Source: Wigglesworthia glossinidia endosymbiont of Glossina morsitans morsitans (Yale colony) (GTDB lineage Bacteria > Pseudomonadota > Gammaproteobacteria > Enterobacterales > Enterobacteriaceae). From it: DNA of 32,000 bases. The notes under the pieces were generated by a model. That model was not told where the DNA came from, ran no database searches, and saw only the letters and a list, made by a program, of their open reading frames with translations. Below, piece by piece: positions 1 to 13,828 of this stretch (within the stretch, counting starts at the first letter, position 1; each line of letters begins with the position of its first letter). Location: assembly GCF_000247565.1 (NCBI RefSeq), contig NC_016893.1, positions 150,001 through 182,000 on the forward strand, given 5' to 3'. The position numbers and the translations under genes are program-made.

Positions 1-339
1 TCGAAATTTTTCTCGAGAAAATATGTTAGATAGATGTACTTCTATAAATGGAATATTAACTGACAAAAGTGAATCTCTTAACGCTACACTAGTATGTGTC
101 AAAGCGGACGGATTAAGAATAATAAAATTTATTTTTTTATATGATTTATGTATGCAATTTATAATTTCGTGTTCTGCATTTGATTGAAAATGTGTAATTC
201 TAGCATTTATTTTATTTGATATTAAATTAATCTCGTTTAATAAATCTGATATAGATTTATTTCCATATATATTTTTTTCTCTTAATGATAATAAATTTAA
301 ATTTGGTCCATTTAGAATTAATAAATTAAATTTTTTCAT
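1..339 (-). CDS. aroQ: 3-dehydroquinate dehydratase type II, partial (C-terminus beyond left window edge)
   Basis: Reverse-strand reading from ATG at 339..337, open to position 1: [113 protein letters not shown]. Shows the type II DHQase signatures [11 protein letters not shown], FQSNxEHE, NP(S/A)[11 protein letters not shown] and EVHLSNIxxREKFR. Not in the supplied ORF track because it is truncated. Confidence 0.93.
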   Translation of the reverse strand, partial: MKKFNLLILNGPNLNLLSLREKNIYGNKSISDLLNEINLISNKINARITHFQSNAEHEIINCIHKSYKKINFIILNPSALTHTSVALRDSLLSVNIPFIEVHLSNIFSREKFR

Positions 340-439
340 TATTTTAAGGTAACTCTAACTAAATTCAATATTAATTTATGACTATCTAGATTAACGCAAA
401 TAAGATAGAATCTAATTGTAATTTAAATCAAAAGTGCTG

Positions 440-489
440 TTAAGTTTGTCTGTATAGCTTATCCTGAAAAAAGATTATAACAAACTTAA
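440..489. repeat. Imperfect inverted repeat / potential hairpin, 10-bp perfect arms (TTAAGTTTGT ... ACAAACTTAA)
   Basis: Arms at 440-449 and 480-489 are exact reverse complements, with weaker inner pairing, in the divergent aroQ/mreB intergenic region. Confidence 0.4.
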
Positions 490-672
490 TAAATTTTTAC
501 GAGTAATATTTTCTTTAATTAATTTTGTTATTTAGTGTAAAAATATTCATAGAATTATAAAATTAAGATGAATGAAAAATTTCAATAAAATAATACCTTA
601 AAACTAATTAGTAATTTAACATTTTATATTTTATTAATATATTAATTTACTAATATAAATAAATTAATTTAA

Positions 673-1731
<1,059 letters not shown>

Positions 1732-1784
1732 CACATAAGTAAATAATTATATGCTATTTTAAATAATTTAAAATAATTGTTATT

Positions 1785-2693
1785 ATGAAATTTATATCTA
1801 ATAAACCTATTATATACATTAAATTTATTTTAGCAATAGTTTCAGCAATTGTCATTATGTACTTTGATACACATCATCAAAATTTTTTTAAAATGAGATC
1901 AATGTTTGATAGAATGACAAATCCAATATATCGCATAATAAATGTACCTTATAAAATTTTTGATCACATATTTAATTTATGTTCTACTAAATTGCATTTA
2001 TCAAACATTAATCAAAAATTACATACAAAAATATTAGAAATTAGCAGCGATCAATTACTATTTAATCAATATAAAGAAGAAAATATACGTTTAAGAAAAT
2101 TATTACATGCTCCATTAAAACAAGATATAAAAAAAATTTTTGCAACAGTAATATCTAAAAACATTGATTTCTACACTAGTCAAATTATAATCGATAAAGG
2201 AACATCTGATGGTATACAATGTGGGCAATCTGTTATTGATTATCAAGGTATTATCGGTCAAGTCATTGCAAGTAACAAATTTACCAGTAGAGTTTTATTA
2301 ATATGTGATTTTGCCCATGCAATTCCACTACAAAATTTACGAAGTAACATTCGATTTATAGCTTTCGGAAATGGTTATAATCATGATTTACGTATAGAAT
2401 CATTAAAAGATGATGTAGATCTTCAGGTAGGTGATATACTAGTAACTTCAGGAATAGGGGGCATATTTCCTGAAGGGTATCCAGTAGCAATTATTTCTTC
2501 AATAATCAAAAAACAGGATAATGTTTATCAAGAAGTGTATGCGCATCCTATTGCAAATTTTAGTACATTAAGATTTGTATTGATTTTAAAAGATAATCAT
2601 CATTTTATACATGAAAATCCTCCGGAAATTCCAAAATCTGTTATTCAAGTTGAAAAAAAACGTTTTATGGAGCTCATGCAAGAACTTAAATAA
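1785..2693 (+). CDS. mreC: Rod-shape-determining protein MreC
   Basis: 302-aa ORF directly after mreB, N-terminal TM segment, MreC-like core (VIDYQGIIGQVIASNKFTSRVLLICD, GDILVTSGIGGIFPEGYPVA). Confidence 0.95.
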   Translation: MKFISNKPIIYIKFILAIVSAIVIMYFDTHHQNFFKMRSMFDRMTNPIYRIINVPYKIFDHIFNLCSTKLHLSNINQKLHTKILEISSDQLLFNQYKEENIRLRKLLHAPLKQDIKKIFATVISKNIDFYTSQIIIDKGTSDGIQCGQSVIDYQGIIGQVIASNKFTSRVLLICDFAHAIPLQNLRSNIRFIAFGNGYNHDLRIESLKDDVDLQVGDILVTSGIGGIFPEGYPVAIISSIIKKQDNVYQEVYAHPIANFSTLRFVLILKDNHHFIHENPPEIPKSVIQVEKKRFMELMQELK

Positions 2694-2726
2694 CATTAAT
2701 GTTGAAAATTTATTAATTTAATTTAA

Positions 2727-3224
2727 ATGAAAAATGTATACTTTTTACATACATGTATCGCGTATATTTTATTTTTAATTGCTTTTATATTACAAAGTAT
2801 ACCATGGCCACAAAATATTTATTTTTTAAAACCGTCTTGGGTATATTTAGTATACTCTTGTTTAGTCGTTATATTTCCTGAAAAAGTGAATATAGGTACA
2901 GGATTTACTTTAGGAATAATTTTAGATTTATTTGTTGGATCAAAATTGGGTATACAAGCGTTCTTATTAACTATTTTATCATATTTAATTATTATTAAAT
3001 TACAATGGTTTCGTAAAGTTTCTTTATTTAAAAAAACATGTTTAATGTCATTTTTTTTATTTTTGATAAAATTTATTATATTCTCTTATATATATTTAAC
3101 AAATTATATAACGTTTCAGATAAGCTATTTCGGAAATATATTAACTGATATAGTTTTATGGCCTTGGATATTCGCTGTAATAAAAAAAATTTTTGTTTTT
3201 TTTAAAATTATTAATCGATATTGA
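2727..3224 (+). CDS. mreD: Rod-shape-determining membrane protein MreD
   Basis: 165-aa hydrophobic protein in mreBCD order; GxxLGIILDLFVGSKLGIQAFLLTILSYLII matches MreD. Confidence 0.92.
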   Translation: MKNVYFLHTCIAYILFLIAFILQSIPWPQNIYFLKPSWVYLVYSCLVVIFPEKVNIGTGFTLGIILDLFVGSKLGIQAFLLTILSYLIIIKLQWFRKVSLFKKTCLMSFFLFLIKFIIFSYIYLTNYITFQISYFGNILTDIVLWPWIFAVIKKIFVFFKIINRY

Positions 3225-3237
3225 TTTTTTTAAAATC

Positions 3238-4881
3238 TTACTTATTTTTCCATGATTGATAGCAATTTATTAATCCATTTGTAGAACTATCATAAGAAGT
3301 AATATCGATATTATCTGTTTTTAAAGATGAAAATAATTTTTTAGATAATTTTTTTCCTAATTCTACGCCCCATTGATCAAAACTATTAATGTTAAAAATG
3401 ACACCTTGCATAAATATTTTATGTTCATACATAGCAATTAGTGCTCCTAAACTATAAGGATTAATTTCTCTTATTAAAATTGAGTTGCTTGGACGATTTC
3501 CTTGTAGTGTTTTAAAAGGAAAAACTTTGCTTCTAAAATAGTTTTTAAAAATATTTTTACAATCAGTTTTCAATAATTCTCCAAAAGCCAATGCTTGAGT
3601 TTGTGCAAAAAAATTTGCAAGCAACTTTTGATGATGATCAGATACTGGATTATGTGTAATTGTTGGCGCTATAAAATCGCAGGGTACTAGTTTAGTCCCT
3701 TGATGCATTAATTGATAAAATGCATGTTGACTATTAGTCCCATAGCCTCCCCAAACAATCGGACCAGTTTGGTAATTAATTATTTTCCCATTGCGATCAA
3801 TAGATTTACCATTAGATTCCATATTTACTTGTTGAAAATATGCAGAAAACAAATGCATATATTGATCGTATACTAAAATTGATTCTGTTTCAAATTCAAA
3901 AAAATTATTATACCAAATACTAATTAAACCTAGTATAACTGGAATATTTTTTTCAAAAGGTTGATTTAAAAAATGCTGGTCCATTGCATATGCGCCATTT
4001 AATAATTGTTCAAAATTATTAAAACCAATAGATAAAGCAATGGATAAACCGATACAAGACCATAACGAATATCGACCTCCCACCCAATCCCATAGCTCAA
4101 ATATATTATTTGCATCAATTCCAAATTTTTTTACAGCTTCTATATTGCTAGACAATGCAATAAAATGTTGAGATAAGTATTTTTTATCTTCTGCAGATTT
4201 TAAAAACCAATCACGTGCACTATAAGCATTCGTAAGTGTTTCCTGTGTAGTAAAAGTTTTCGATGCTATTAAAAATAAAGTATTTTTAGGATTTAAAGTT
4301 TTTAATGTTTCTGTAATATGTGTACCATCGATATTAGATATAAAATGTACATGAAGATGATTTTTATAAAATTTTAATGCTTCTGTAACCATATATGGTC
4401 CTAAATCAGATCCTCCAATACCAATATTAACAATATTAGTAATGTTTTCTCCAGTAAATCCTTTCCAGTTCCCATTTATTAAATTTTTGCAGAAAAATTT
4501 CATTTTTTTTAAAACCGATTGAATTTTTGGCATAATATTAATGCCATCAATATCAATTGCAATATTTGTACGATTTCGTAAAGCAGTATGTAGAGCAGCA
4601 CGATACTCAGTGTTGTTGATTTTTTTGCCATTAAACATAGATATAATTGAATTATGTAAATCACATTCTTCTGCTAATTTAATTAATTTATCTATTGTTT
4701 CTGACATAATAATATTTTTAGAATAATCGATTAATATTATATCATTAAAATATATTGAAAAAGAATCAAATCGATTACTATCTGCTTGAAATAAATCTCT
4801 AATATTGATTTGCTTCATTTTATTAAAATGATACTGTAATTCTTTCCAAGCACGTGTTTTTGTTGGATTAATATTTTTCAT
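3238..4881 (-). CDS. pgi: Glucose-6-phosphate isomerase
   Basis: 547-aa ORF with [87 protein letters not shown]. Confidence 0.98.
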   Translation of the reverse strand: MKNINPTKTRAWKELQYHFNKMKQINIRDLFQADSNRFDSFSIYFNDIILIDYSKNIIMSETIDKLIKLAEECDLHNSIISMFNGKKINNTEYRAALHTALRNRTNIAIDIDGINIMPKIQSVLKKMKFFCKNLINGNWKGFTGENITNIVNIGIGGSDLGPYMVTEALKFYKNHLHVHFISNIDGTHITETLKTLNPKNTLFLIASKTFTTQETLTNAYSARDWFLKSAEDKKYLSQHFIALSSNIEAVKKFGIDANNIFELWDWVGGRYSLWSCIGLSIALSIGFNNFEQLLNGAYAMDQHFLNQPFEKNIPVILGLISIWYNNFFEFETESILVYDQYMHLFSAYFQQVNMESNGKSIDRNGKIINYQTGPIVWGGYGTNSQHAFYQLMHQGTKLVPCDFIAPTITHNPVSDHHQKLLANFFAQTQALAFGELLKTDCKNIFKNYFRSKVFPFKTLQGNRPSNSILIREINPYSLGALIAMYEHKIFMQGVIFNINSFDQWGVELGKKLSKKLFSSLKTDNIDITSYDSSTNGLINCYQSWKNK

Positions 4882-5034
4882 GAAAATTTACAATAGATAC
4901 ATGAATGAAATAAGTATTTGTCTTAATTTTTGAAAATTACATGTTTTATGATTTATTTATTTGTATTAAAATTTCATTAAATTTATTAATTATATACATT
5001 GCATCCGCATATATTGTAAATAAATTAAATCTTC

Positions 5035-6714
5035 TTAAAATTTTTTTTTTAATATTTTTAATATATAATCTGTAATACAAAGAGCACTTACTTTATATAC
5101 TTGTCCAGTTATTCGATTTTTGTGTTCTATTTGTTGAGTTTTCAAATTATTTTCACTTATAATTAAAATATGCGGAATTCCTATAAGTTCAATATCTGAA
5201 AACATCACCCCAGGCCTTATAAAACGATCATCAAATAATACTTCTATGTTAGAATTACACAATTGATAATAAATTTTCTCGGATACTTGTTTGACTTTTT
5301 CTGATCTATGAAGATGAATTGGAATAATTGCTACATGAAAAGGTGCAATCTCCTGATTCCAAATAATTCCATGATCATCATGATGCTGCTCTATATAAGC
5401 TGAAATTAATCGACTTATTCCAATTCCGTAACATCCCATAAATAAATTTTTATGACAATTTTTCTTTATATTAGATAGAGATATAACTTTTGTATACTTA
5501 TCGCCTAATTGGAAAATATGTCCTATTTCGATACTTTTTGAATAAGCATGACTATCTTTATTTTTAATGGTAATGTTTTTTTTTTCAATATATCTTAAAT
5601 CTGTAACCCATTTGACAGCTACATCTCGATACCAGTTAATATCAAAGAAATATTTATTATTAATATTTGCACCTGAAATAAAATTTTTCATTAAAATAGC
5701 ATAGTAATCAACAATTAATAGACATTTTAAGTTTATAGGACCTAAATAATTTATATGTATTTTAAAATGTAAATTAATCTCATTGTTACTTAATATCTTT
5801 AACGGTTTTTTCACTAAATATAGTTGTTCTGCTTTATTAATATCCAATATGTGATCATCACGCAAAGCTAATCCGATAAATGGAATTGCTTTATTGTTAG
5901 AATGTACTAGTATAATTTTTAAAATTCTTTTTTTATGAACATTAAATTTTTTAGATAAATCAGACATATTTCGAACGTTCTTGTCTTCTACTAATCTTAA
6001 TTTATTTATCTTAGATACATTATTATTGTTTAATTTTTTTTTATTGAAATAATTTTTTATGTATGTTTGATTGCAATATGCTAGAAATTCATGTGAAATG
6101 CATCCTCCAATGCGACCTGTTTCTGCTGGCAAACAAAAAAAATTTAAATTTAATCGCTTAAAAATTATGTTATATGTTTGATACATTATATGATATGAAT
6201 CTTCTAAAGACTCTTGATTTGTATGAAAAGAATATGCATCTTTCATAATAAATTCTTTAGCTCTGATCATGCCATATTTTGGACGAATTTCATCTCTAAA
6301 TTTAGAATAAATTTGATAAAAATTCATAGGAAATTTTTTATAATTATTTATTTCATGACAAATTATTTGTGTAATAAGTTCTTCATTAGTCGGCGATAAA
6401 ATAAATTCTTTATTTCTTCTATCGGTTAGTTTAAATAGTTCCAAACCATATTCATTATATCGTCCACTTTTTTTCCATAGTGATCTTGGATGCATGATTG
6501 GCATAAGAATTTCTATAGCTCCAATTTTATTCATTTCGTAACGTATTATTTTTTTAATTTTTTTTAGTACACGTAATCCTGTAGGTAACCAAGAATATAA
6601 ACCAGATGCTACTTTATAAATCATTCCTGATCGCAACATTAATTGATGACTAATACTTTCTGTATCAGAAGATACTTCTTTTAATGTTGCAAGATAATAT
6701 TGACTAATGCGCAT
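5035..6714 (-). CDS. proS: Prolyl-tRNA synthetase, with a divergent insertion domain
   Basis: 559-aa ORF; MRISQYYLATLKEVSSDTESISHQLMLRSGMIYKVASGLYSWLPTG, KFRDEIRPKYGMIRAKEFIMKDAYSFH, GHIFQLGDKYTK, MGCYGIGISRLISAYIEQ match bacterial-type ProS. Confidence 0.96.
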   Translation of the reverse strand: MRISQYYLATLKEVSSDTESISHQLMLRSGMIYKVASGLYSWLPTGLRVLKKIKKIIRYEMNKIGAIEILMPIMHPRSLWKKSGRYNEYGLELFKLTDRRNKEFILSPTNEELITQIICHEINNYKKFPMNFYQIYSKFRDEIRPKYGMIRAKEFIMKDAYSFHTNQESLEDSYHIMYQTYNIIFKRLNLNFFCLPAETGRIGGCISHEFLAYCNQTYIKNYFNKKKLNNNNVSKINKLRLVEDKNVRNMSDLSKKFNVHKKRILKIILVHSNNKAIPFIGLALRDDHILDINKAEQLYLVKKPLKILSNNEINLHFKIHINYLGPINLKCLLIVDYYAILMKNFISGANINNKYFFDINWYRDVAVKWVTDLRYIEKKNITIKNKDSHAYSKSIEIGHIFQLGDKYTKVISLSNIKKNCHKNLFMGCYGIGISRLISAYIEQHHDDHGIIWNQEIAPFHVAIIPIHLHRSEKVKQVSEKIYYQLCNSNIEVLFDDRFIRPGVMFSDIELIGIPHILIISENNLKTQQIEHKNRITGQVYKVSALCITDYILKILKKKF

Positions 6715-7122
6715 AATATAAATTGTCCTTAAGAGGATATATTAACGTATAATTTTTTATATCATTTAATAAATGTAGTATTTATTGTGAGCTTGTTGCT
6801 TAAATATTTTTCAAATATAATTAATTTAATTTATTAAAAAAACTATATAAGTAAGATGTATAGATATAATTTATAAAAAAATTTTTACACAAATACTTTA
6901 TACATTGAATTACAATTAAAAGCATTATTCTTGAGTATACGAAAATTTTTAATTAAATTGTGATCATTTTGATAAAATTAAATAGTTAAATTTTAATTTA
7001 TATTAATCATAAATATTGTATAAATAATTATTTGAAATAATTTAAAATATAAACATTAATAAATTTAATAAATTTAAAATAAAATAATTGTTTTAAAGTG
7101 AAATTAGTTAAGTACAAATTTA

Positions 7123-7150
7123 TTGACAATAACAAAATTACGGTTAAAAT
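7123..7150 (+). promoter_or_regulatory. Candidate sigma70 promoter for the tRNA-Ile/tRNA-Ala unit
   Basis: TTGACA at 7123-7128, 16-bp spacer, TAAAAT at 7145-7150, about 50 nt before the first tRNA. Promoter-like hexamers are common in AT-rich DNA. Confidence 0.5.
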
Positions 7151-7202
7151 TTAATTTAAAGTTTACAATATAAAATTATTTTTTTTATATAAAAAAATCT
7201 AT

Positions 7203-7276
7203 AGGCTTGTAGCTCAGCCGGTTAGAGCACACCCCTGATAAGGGTGAGGTCAGTGGTTCAAGTCCACTCAAGCCTA
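7203..7276 (+). tRNA. tRNA-Ile (anticodon GAT)
   Basis: Manual cloverleaf: acceptor AGGCTTG/CAAGCCT, anticodon arm CACCC-CTGATAA-GGGTG, T arm AGTGG-TTCAAGT-CCACT, discriminator A; CCA not encoded. Confidence 0.98.
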
Positions 7277-7279
7277 AAA

Positions 7280-7352
7280 GGGGCTATAGCTCAACTGGTA
7301 GAGCATCTGCTTTGCACGCAGAAGGCTGGCGGTTCAATTCCGCCTAGCTCCA
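7280..7352 (+). tRNA. tRNA-Ala (anticodon TGC)
   Basis: Manual cloverleaf: acceptor GGGGCTA/TAGCTCC, anticodon arm TCTGC-TTTGCAC-GCAGA, T arm GGCGG-TTCAATT-CCGCC, discriminator A; CCA not encoded. Confidence 0.98.
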
Positions 7353-7600
7353 AAATAATCAAATAAAATATTTATTTTAAAATATAAAAAAACTTTAAAA
7401 TATTTTTATTCAAAAATAAGAAAATATACATACTAAAAATTAGTCGTTAATAATTTCAAATATTTAAAATATAAATTTTTATAAATGTTAAACAAAAAAA
7501 TTTTAAAAATATTATAATATTAAAAAATCAAATTTTTAAAAATATCAATTATCAAAAAATTTGTATTCATTTTTCTACTTAAAAATTCACACAGATATAA

Positions 7601-9898
<2,298 letters not shown>

Positions 9899-10036
9899 AA
9901 ATAACAAAATTATGCATCTAAAAAAAATAATTTTATTTTAATTTTAACAAATGTGTTACACTGAAAAACTTGCATATAATATATTAGCAGTAATTTCATC
10001 TTCTATAAAATTAGAAAGTTATTAAAAGGAATAAAT

Positions 10037-10666
10037 ATGAAATTTACTTTACCAAATTTGAATTATGATTATAACGAATTTGAACCTTTTTTAGATGCTA
10101 AAACAATGATGTTGCATCATACTAAACATCATCAAGCGTATATTGATAATGCAAATTTGATTTTAAGATCTTGTCCAAATATATCAAATTTATCTATTTC
10201 TGAACTTATTCAAAATCTAAACATATTTACTGAAACAAAAAAAATTCAATTTCGTAATCATGGAGGAGGACATTTTAATCATTCATTTTTTTGGAAAACT
10301 TTAAGTAAAAATAATGCATCTATGCATATATCATTGAAAAATTCTATAATCGATGACTTTGGTTCAATCGAAAAATTTAAAAAAAAATTTGAAGAAGTTG
10401 CTATGAGTCATTTTGGTTCTGGATGGGTATGGTTAATTAAAAATACGCAAGGATCATTATCTGTTGTTAGCACATCTAACCAAGATAATCCGTTAATGGG
10501 AGTAGATGTTTGCGGCGTATTTGGTCATCCTATACTTGGTTTAGATCTTTGGGAACACGCATATTATTTAAATTATCAAAATCGCAAAAAAGATTATGTA
10601 CAAGCATTTTGGAATATAATTAACTGGAATACTGTGTATTTACGTTTTGTGAATAAAAAAAATTAA
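10037..10666 (+). CDS. sodA: Superoxide dismutase, Mn type
   Basis: 209-aa ORF; [78 protein letters not shown]. Confidence 0.97.
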   Translation: MKFTLPNLNYDYNEFEPFLDAKTMMLHHTKHHQAYIDNANLILRSCPNISNLSISELIQNLNIFTETKKIQFRNHGGGHFNHSFFWKTLSKNNASMHISLKNSIIDDFGSIEKFKKKFEEVAMSHFGSGWVWLIKNTQGSLSVVSTSNQDNPLMGVDVCGVFGHPILGLDLWEHAYYLNYQNRKKDYVQAFWNIINWNTVYLRFVNKKN

Positions 10667-10680
10667 TTTAAAATTGAATT

Positions 10681-12753
10681 TTATTTTTTTATTAAACAAG
10701 TAAAATCGGCTACTTCTAAATAGCATTCTTTTACTTGAATTAAAAAACTTTTTCTTTTATTTCTTGTATAAGATTCTTCAGTAAATATTATAACATTATC
10801 TAAATAAACATTTAATCTTTTTGAAAGATTTTTTAAAACATTTAATGTAGCTTGATAATTATTTAAATATATACATTTTAATATTTTTTTATTAAATAAA
10901 AAAAAGTTTTTTTCGAATCGACTTTCAATGAAACTACTTTTTTGATGAGAAGATAAATTGATTTTTTTAAAAAAACAAAATTGTTTTTTAGAATCATATT
11001 TTTTTAATATATTGTATAATCTTTTGTAAGCGGATAATACTAAAAAAGATTCTTTACATTTTAAAAAATCTATAAGTATACAGATCTTGTTATGTGTATC
11101 TAACAAATCAATTTTTTTGTTTTTTAAAATTAATAATGATTTAACAATTTTTAAATTATATTGATTTTTTGCATACCAAAAAGATACACGTTTCAAAATA
11201 AAATTTATTACTTCTAATTTAGTATTTAAATTAGTAACATTCTTTTGATATAAAAGCAACGATTTTTGAATAAGATTGTGCAAATTAAGATAAATTTTTT
11301 TTTCTATAATAATACGAATTATTCCAAGAGCGGCGCGTTTAAGTGCAAATGGATCTTTTTTACCTTTAGGATACAGAGATAATCCGAATATTCCTACGAT
11401 ATTATCAATTTTATCAGCGATTGATATTATCTGAGCAGTTAACGTCGAAGGCAAAACATCTTCTGAGAATCTTGGATAATAATGCTCTCTTTGTGCTATT
11501 GCGACTTCTTCCAGTTCTCTGTCATATTTAGCATAAAATTCGCCCATAACTCCTTGAATATTAGGATATTCAAATACCATATGCGTCGTTAAATCGCATT
11601 TCGATAAAAATGCTGCACGAGATACATGTACGGCATTATAATTCAATTTGTTAGCAATCCATACTGATAAAGATTGAATGCGTATCGTTTTATCTTTTAA
11701 AGATCCTAGTTTTTCTTGAAAAATTATATTTTCTAATTTTTTAAAACGTTCTTCTAGTTTTATTTTGATATCAAGATTTAAAAAAAATTCGGCATCTAAT
11801 AAACGAGGATTAATAACATTTTCATATTCGTGTTTTATTTTATTTTTATCGCATTTATTTGCGTGAATTATACATATAAAATATGGAAAAATTTTATTTT
11901 CCAATTTATTTAATATAGGAAAACATTTTTGAGAAAATAAAATGTTCTTTATCACTATAGCAGGAAGATTTAAAAATTTCTTTTTAAAAAAACCTGTAAT
12001 AATACTTGGAGATTCTACTAATGAAGTGCATTCTTCTAGTAAAAGATGATTATTAACGATCTTTCCTTGTAATTTTTTTATTTCTAAATTTATTAGTTCT
12101 GCTATAATTTTTTTACGTTTGTAAAAATCAACTATAATATTATTTTTTTTTAACTCACGTTCATAATCATTTGCGTGTATTAATTTTAAAAATTTTTTTT
12201 CTGTGTATGATCCTATAAGTATATAACGATCGATATTGATTTCAAAAATTTTTCCCGAAATAATTTTGTCTTCTAAAAGAGCAGTAATCGAATGTACAGG
12301 ACGTATAAATTGAAAATTTAAATTACTCCATTTCATTTTTTTAGGAATAAATATTTCTTTTAAAGATCTTTTAATAATTTGATATAATACTTGATGAACT
12401 AAATTAGTATTTAGCATTAAATTTTTTTTATCATTAATATTTTTAAAATTGATTAAAGATCTATTTTCTAATTTGTTATCAAATTTATTACAATATAGTG
12501 CGGTATTTTTTGAAAAATGAAAAAATTTTGTAACATTTTTTTTCAAAAAAGAACTTTCAGAAATAATAGGATATAACAAATTTGCTTGTATCGCAAAGCG
12601 CCGATATGTTGCGAACCATTTAATATTTTCATATTTTATAAGTAGCTTTATCATTTCTTTTTGTATATTCTTAAGAAAAGATTTTGCTGTAATTTTAAGA
12701 TATTTTGATGGTAAATCTTCTGTGCCAATTTCTACTAAGAAGTTGTTTTTCAT
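10681..12753 (-). CDS. glyS: Glycyl-tRNA synthetase beta subunit
   Basis: 690-aa ORF; NNFLVEIGTEDLPSKYLK, HVSRAAFLSKCDLTTHMVFEYPNIQGVMGEFYAKYDRE, DPFALKRAALGIIRI; lies immediately downstream of glyQ. Confidence 0.96.
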   Translation of the reverse strand: MKNNFLVEIGTEDLPSKYLKITAKSFLKNIQKEMIKLLIKYENIKWFATYRRFAIQANLLYPIISESSFLKKNVTKFFHFSKNTALYCNKFDNKLENRSLINFKNINDKKNLMLNTNLVHQVLYQIIKRSLKEIFIPKKMKWSNLNFQFIRPVHSITALLEDKIISGKIFEINIDRYILIGSYTEKKFLKLIHANDYERELKKNNIIVDFYKRKKIIAELINLEIKKLQGKIVNNHLLLEECTSLVESPSIITGFFKKKFLNLPAIVIKNILFSQKCFPILNKLENKIFPYFICIIHANKCDKNKIKHEYENVINPRLLDAEFFLNLDIKIKLEERFKKLENIIFQEKLGSLKDKTIRIQSLSVWIANKLNYNAVHVSRAAFLSKCDLTTHMVFEYPNIQGVMGEFYAKYDRELEEVAIAQREHYYPRFSEDVLPSTLTAQIISIADKIDNIVGIFGLSLYPKGKKDPFALKRAALGIIRIIIEKKIYLNLHNLIQKSLLLYQKNVTNLNTKLEVINFILKRVSFWYAKNQYNLKIVKSLLILKNKKIDLLDTHNKICILIDFLKCKESFLVLSAYKRLYNILKKYDSKKQFCFFKKINLSSHQKSSFIESRFEKNFFLFNKKILKCIYLNNYQATLNVLKNLSKRLNVYLDNVIIFTEESYTRNKRKSFLIQVKECYLEVADFTCLIKK

Positions 12754-12765
12754 GTTATTTAAAAT

Positions 12766-13683
12766 TTAACTATTTTTTTTACACATAGGAAATCCTAAAG
12801 ATTTTCTATAGTTTAAGTAAACTTGAGCAACTTTTTTTGTTAATGTACGTAAACGCATAATATAATTTTTTCTAGCAGTTACCGATATAGCTCTTCTAGC
12901 ATCTAATAAATTAAAAGTATATATTGCTTTTAATATTCTTTCATATGCTGGAATATGTAAAGGGCACTGTAAATTTAACAAGTTTTGTGCTTCTTTTTCA
13001 TATTGTTTAAAACAAAACAATAAAAATTTGATATTAGTATATTTAAAATTATATTTTGATTGTTGCATTTCATTTTGATAAAAAAACATATCTCCATAAT
13101 AAAGTGTTTGTAAGTTATTTTGACTCCATATTAGATCATACACGTTACCAACATTTTGTAGTTTCATAGCAATTCTTTCTACACCGTAAGTAATTTCTCC
13201 AGTAATTGGAGAACAGTCTAACCCGCCCATTTGTTGAAAATAAGTAAATTGTGTTATTTCCATTCCGTTCAACCATACTTCCCATCCTACTCCCCAAGCG
13301 CCTAGTGTAGAATTTTCCCAATTATCTTCTATAAATTTTAAATCATTTTCATCTAAATTAATCCCAATTTCTTTCAAAGAGCAAAAATATAATTCTTGTA
13401 TATTTTTAGGGGATGGTTTCATAATGACTTGAAATTGATAATAGTGTTGTAATCTATTAGGACTCGTTCCATATCTACCATCGGAAAAACGTCTAGAAGG
13501 TTGTACATAAGCTGCAAAAATTGGTTCTGGGCCAACTGCTTTTAAACAAGTCATCGGATGTGAAGTTCCTGCTCCTACTTCCATATCTAATGGTTGTAAA
13601 ATTGCACATCCTTGTTTATTCCAAAATGATTTCAAATTTATAATTAAATTTTGAACGGTAAATAAATTTTTTTTTCTGTGCAT
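12766..13683 (-). CDS. glyQ: Glycyl-tRNA synthetase alpha subunit
   Basis: 305-aa ORF; [64 protein letters not shown] is characteristic GlyQ. Confidence 0.98.
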   Translation of the reverse strand: MHRKKNLFTVQNLIINLKSFWNKQGCAILQPLDMEVGAGTSHPMTCLKAVGPEPIFAAYVQPSRRFSDGRYGTSPNRLQHYYQFQVIMKPSPKNIQELYFCSLKEIGINLDENDLKFIEDNWENSTLGAWGVGWEVWLNGMEITQFTYFQQMGGLDCSPITGEITYGVERIAMKLQNVGNVYDLIWSQNNLQTLYYGDMFFYQNEMQQSKYNFKYTNIKFLLFCFKQYEKEAQNLLNLQCPLHIPAYERILKAIYTFNLLDARRAISVTARKNYIMRLRTLTKKVAQVYLNYRKSLGFPMCKKNS

Positions 13684-13828
13684 GATAATTTTTTTATTTT
13701 TATTATATATTACATTATGTAAATTATATAATTATATGAAAATCTATTTTACGTTGTTATAGTTCATCAATTTAATGAAAATGTAGAGTATTATAGATTT
13801 CAATTTAATTGTACAATAAATAAATTAT

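Noticed and set aside
4541-4726. 61-aa plus-strand ORF
   Set aside because: Antisense inside pgi, short, no homology I recognise.
6214-6399. 61-aa plus-strand ORF
   Set aside because: Antisense inside proS, short and cysteine/phenylalanine-rich shadow of the real frame.
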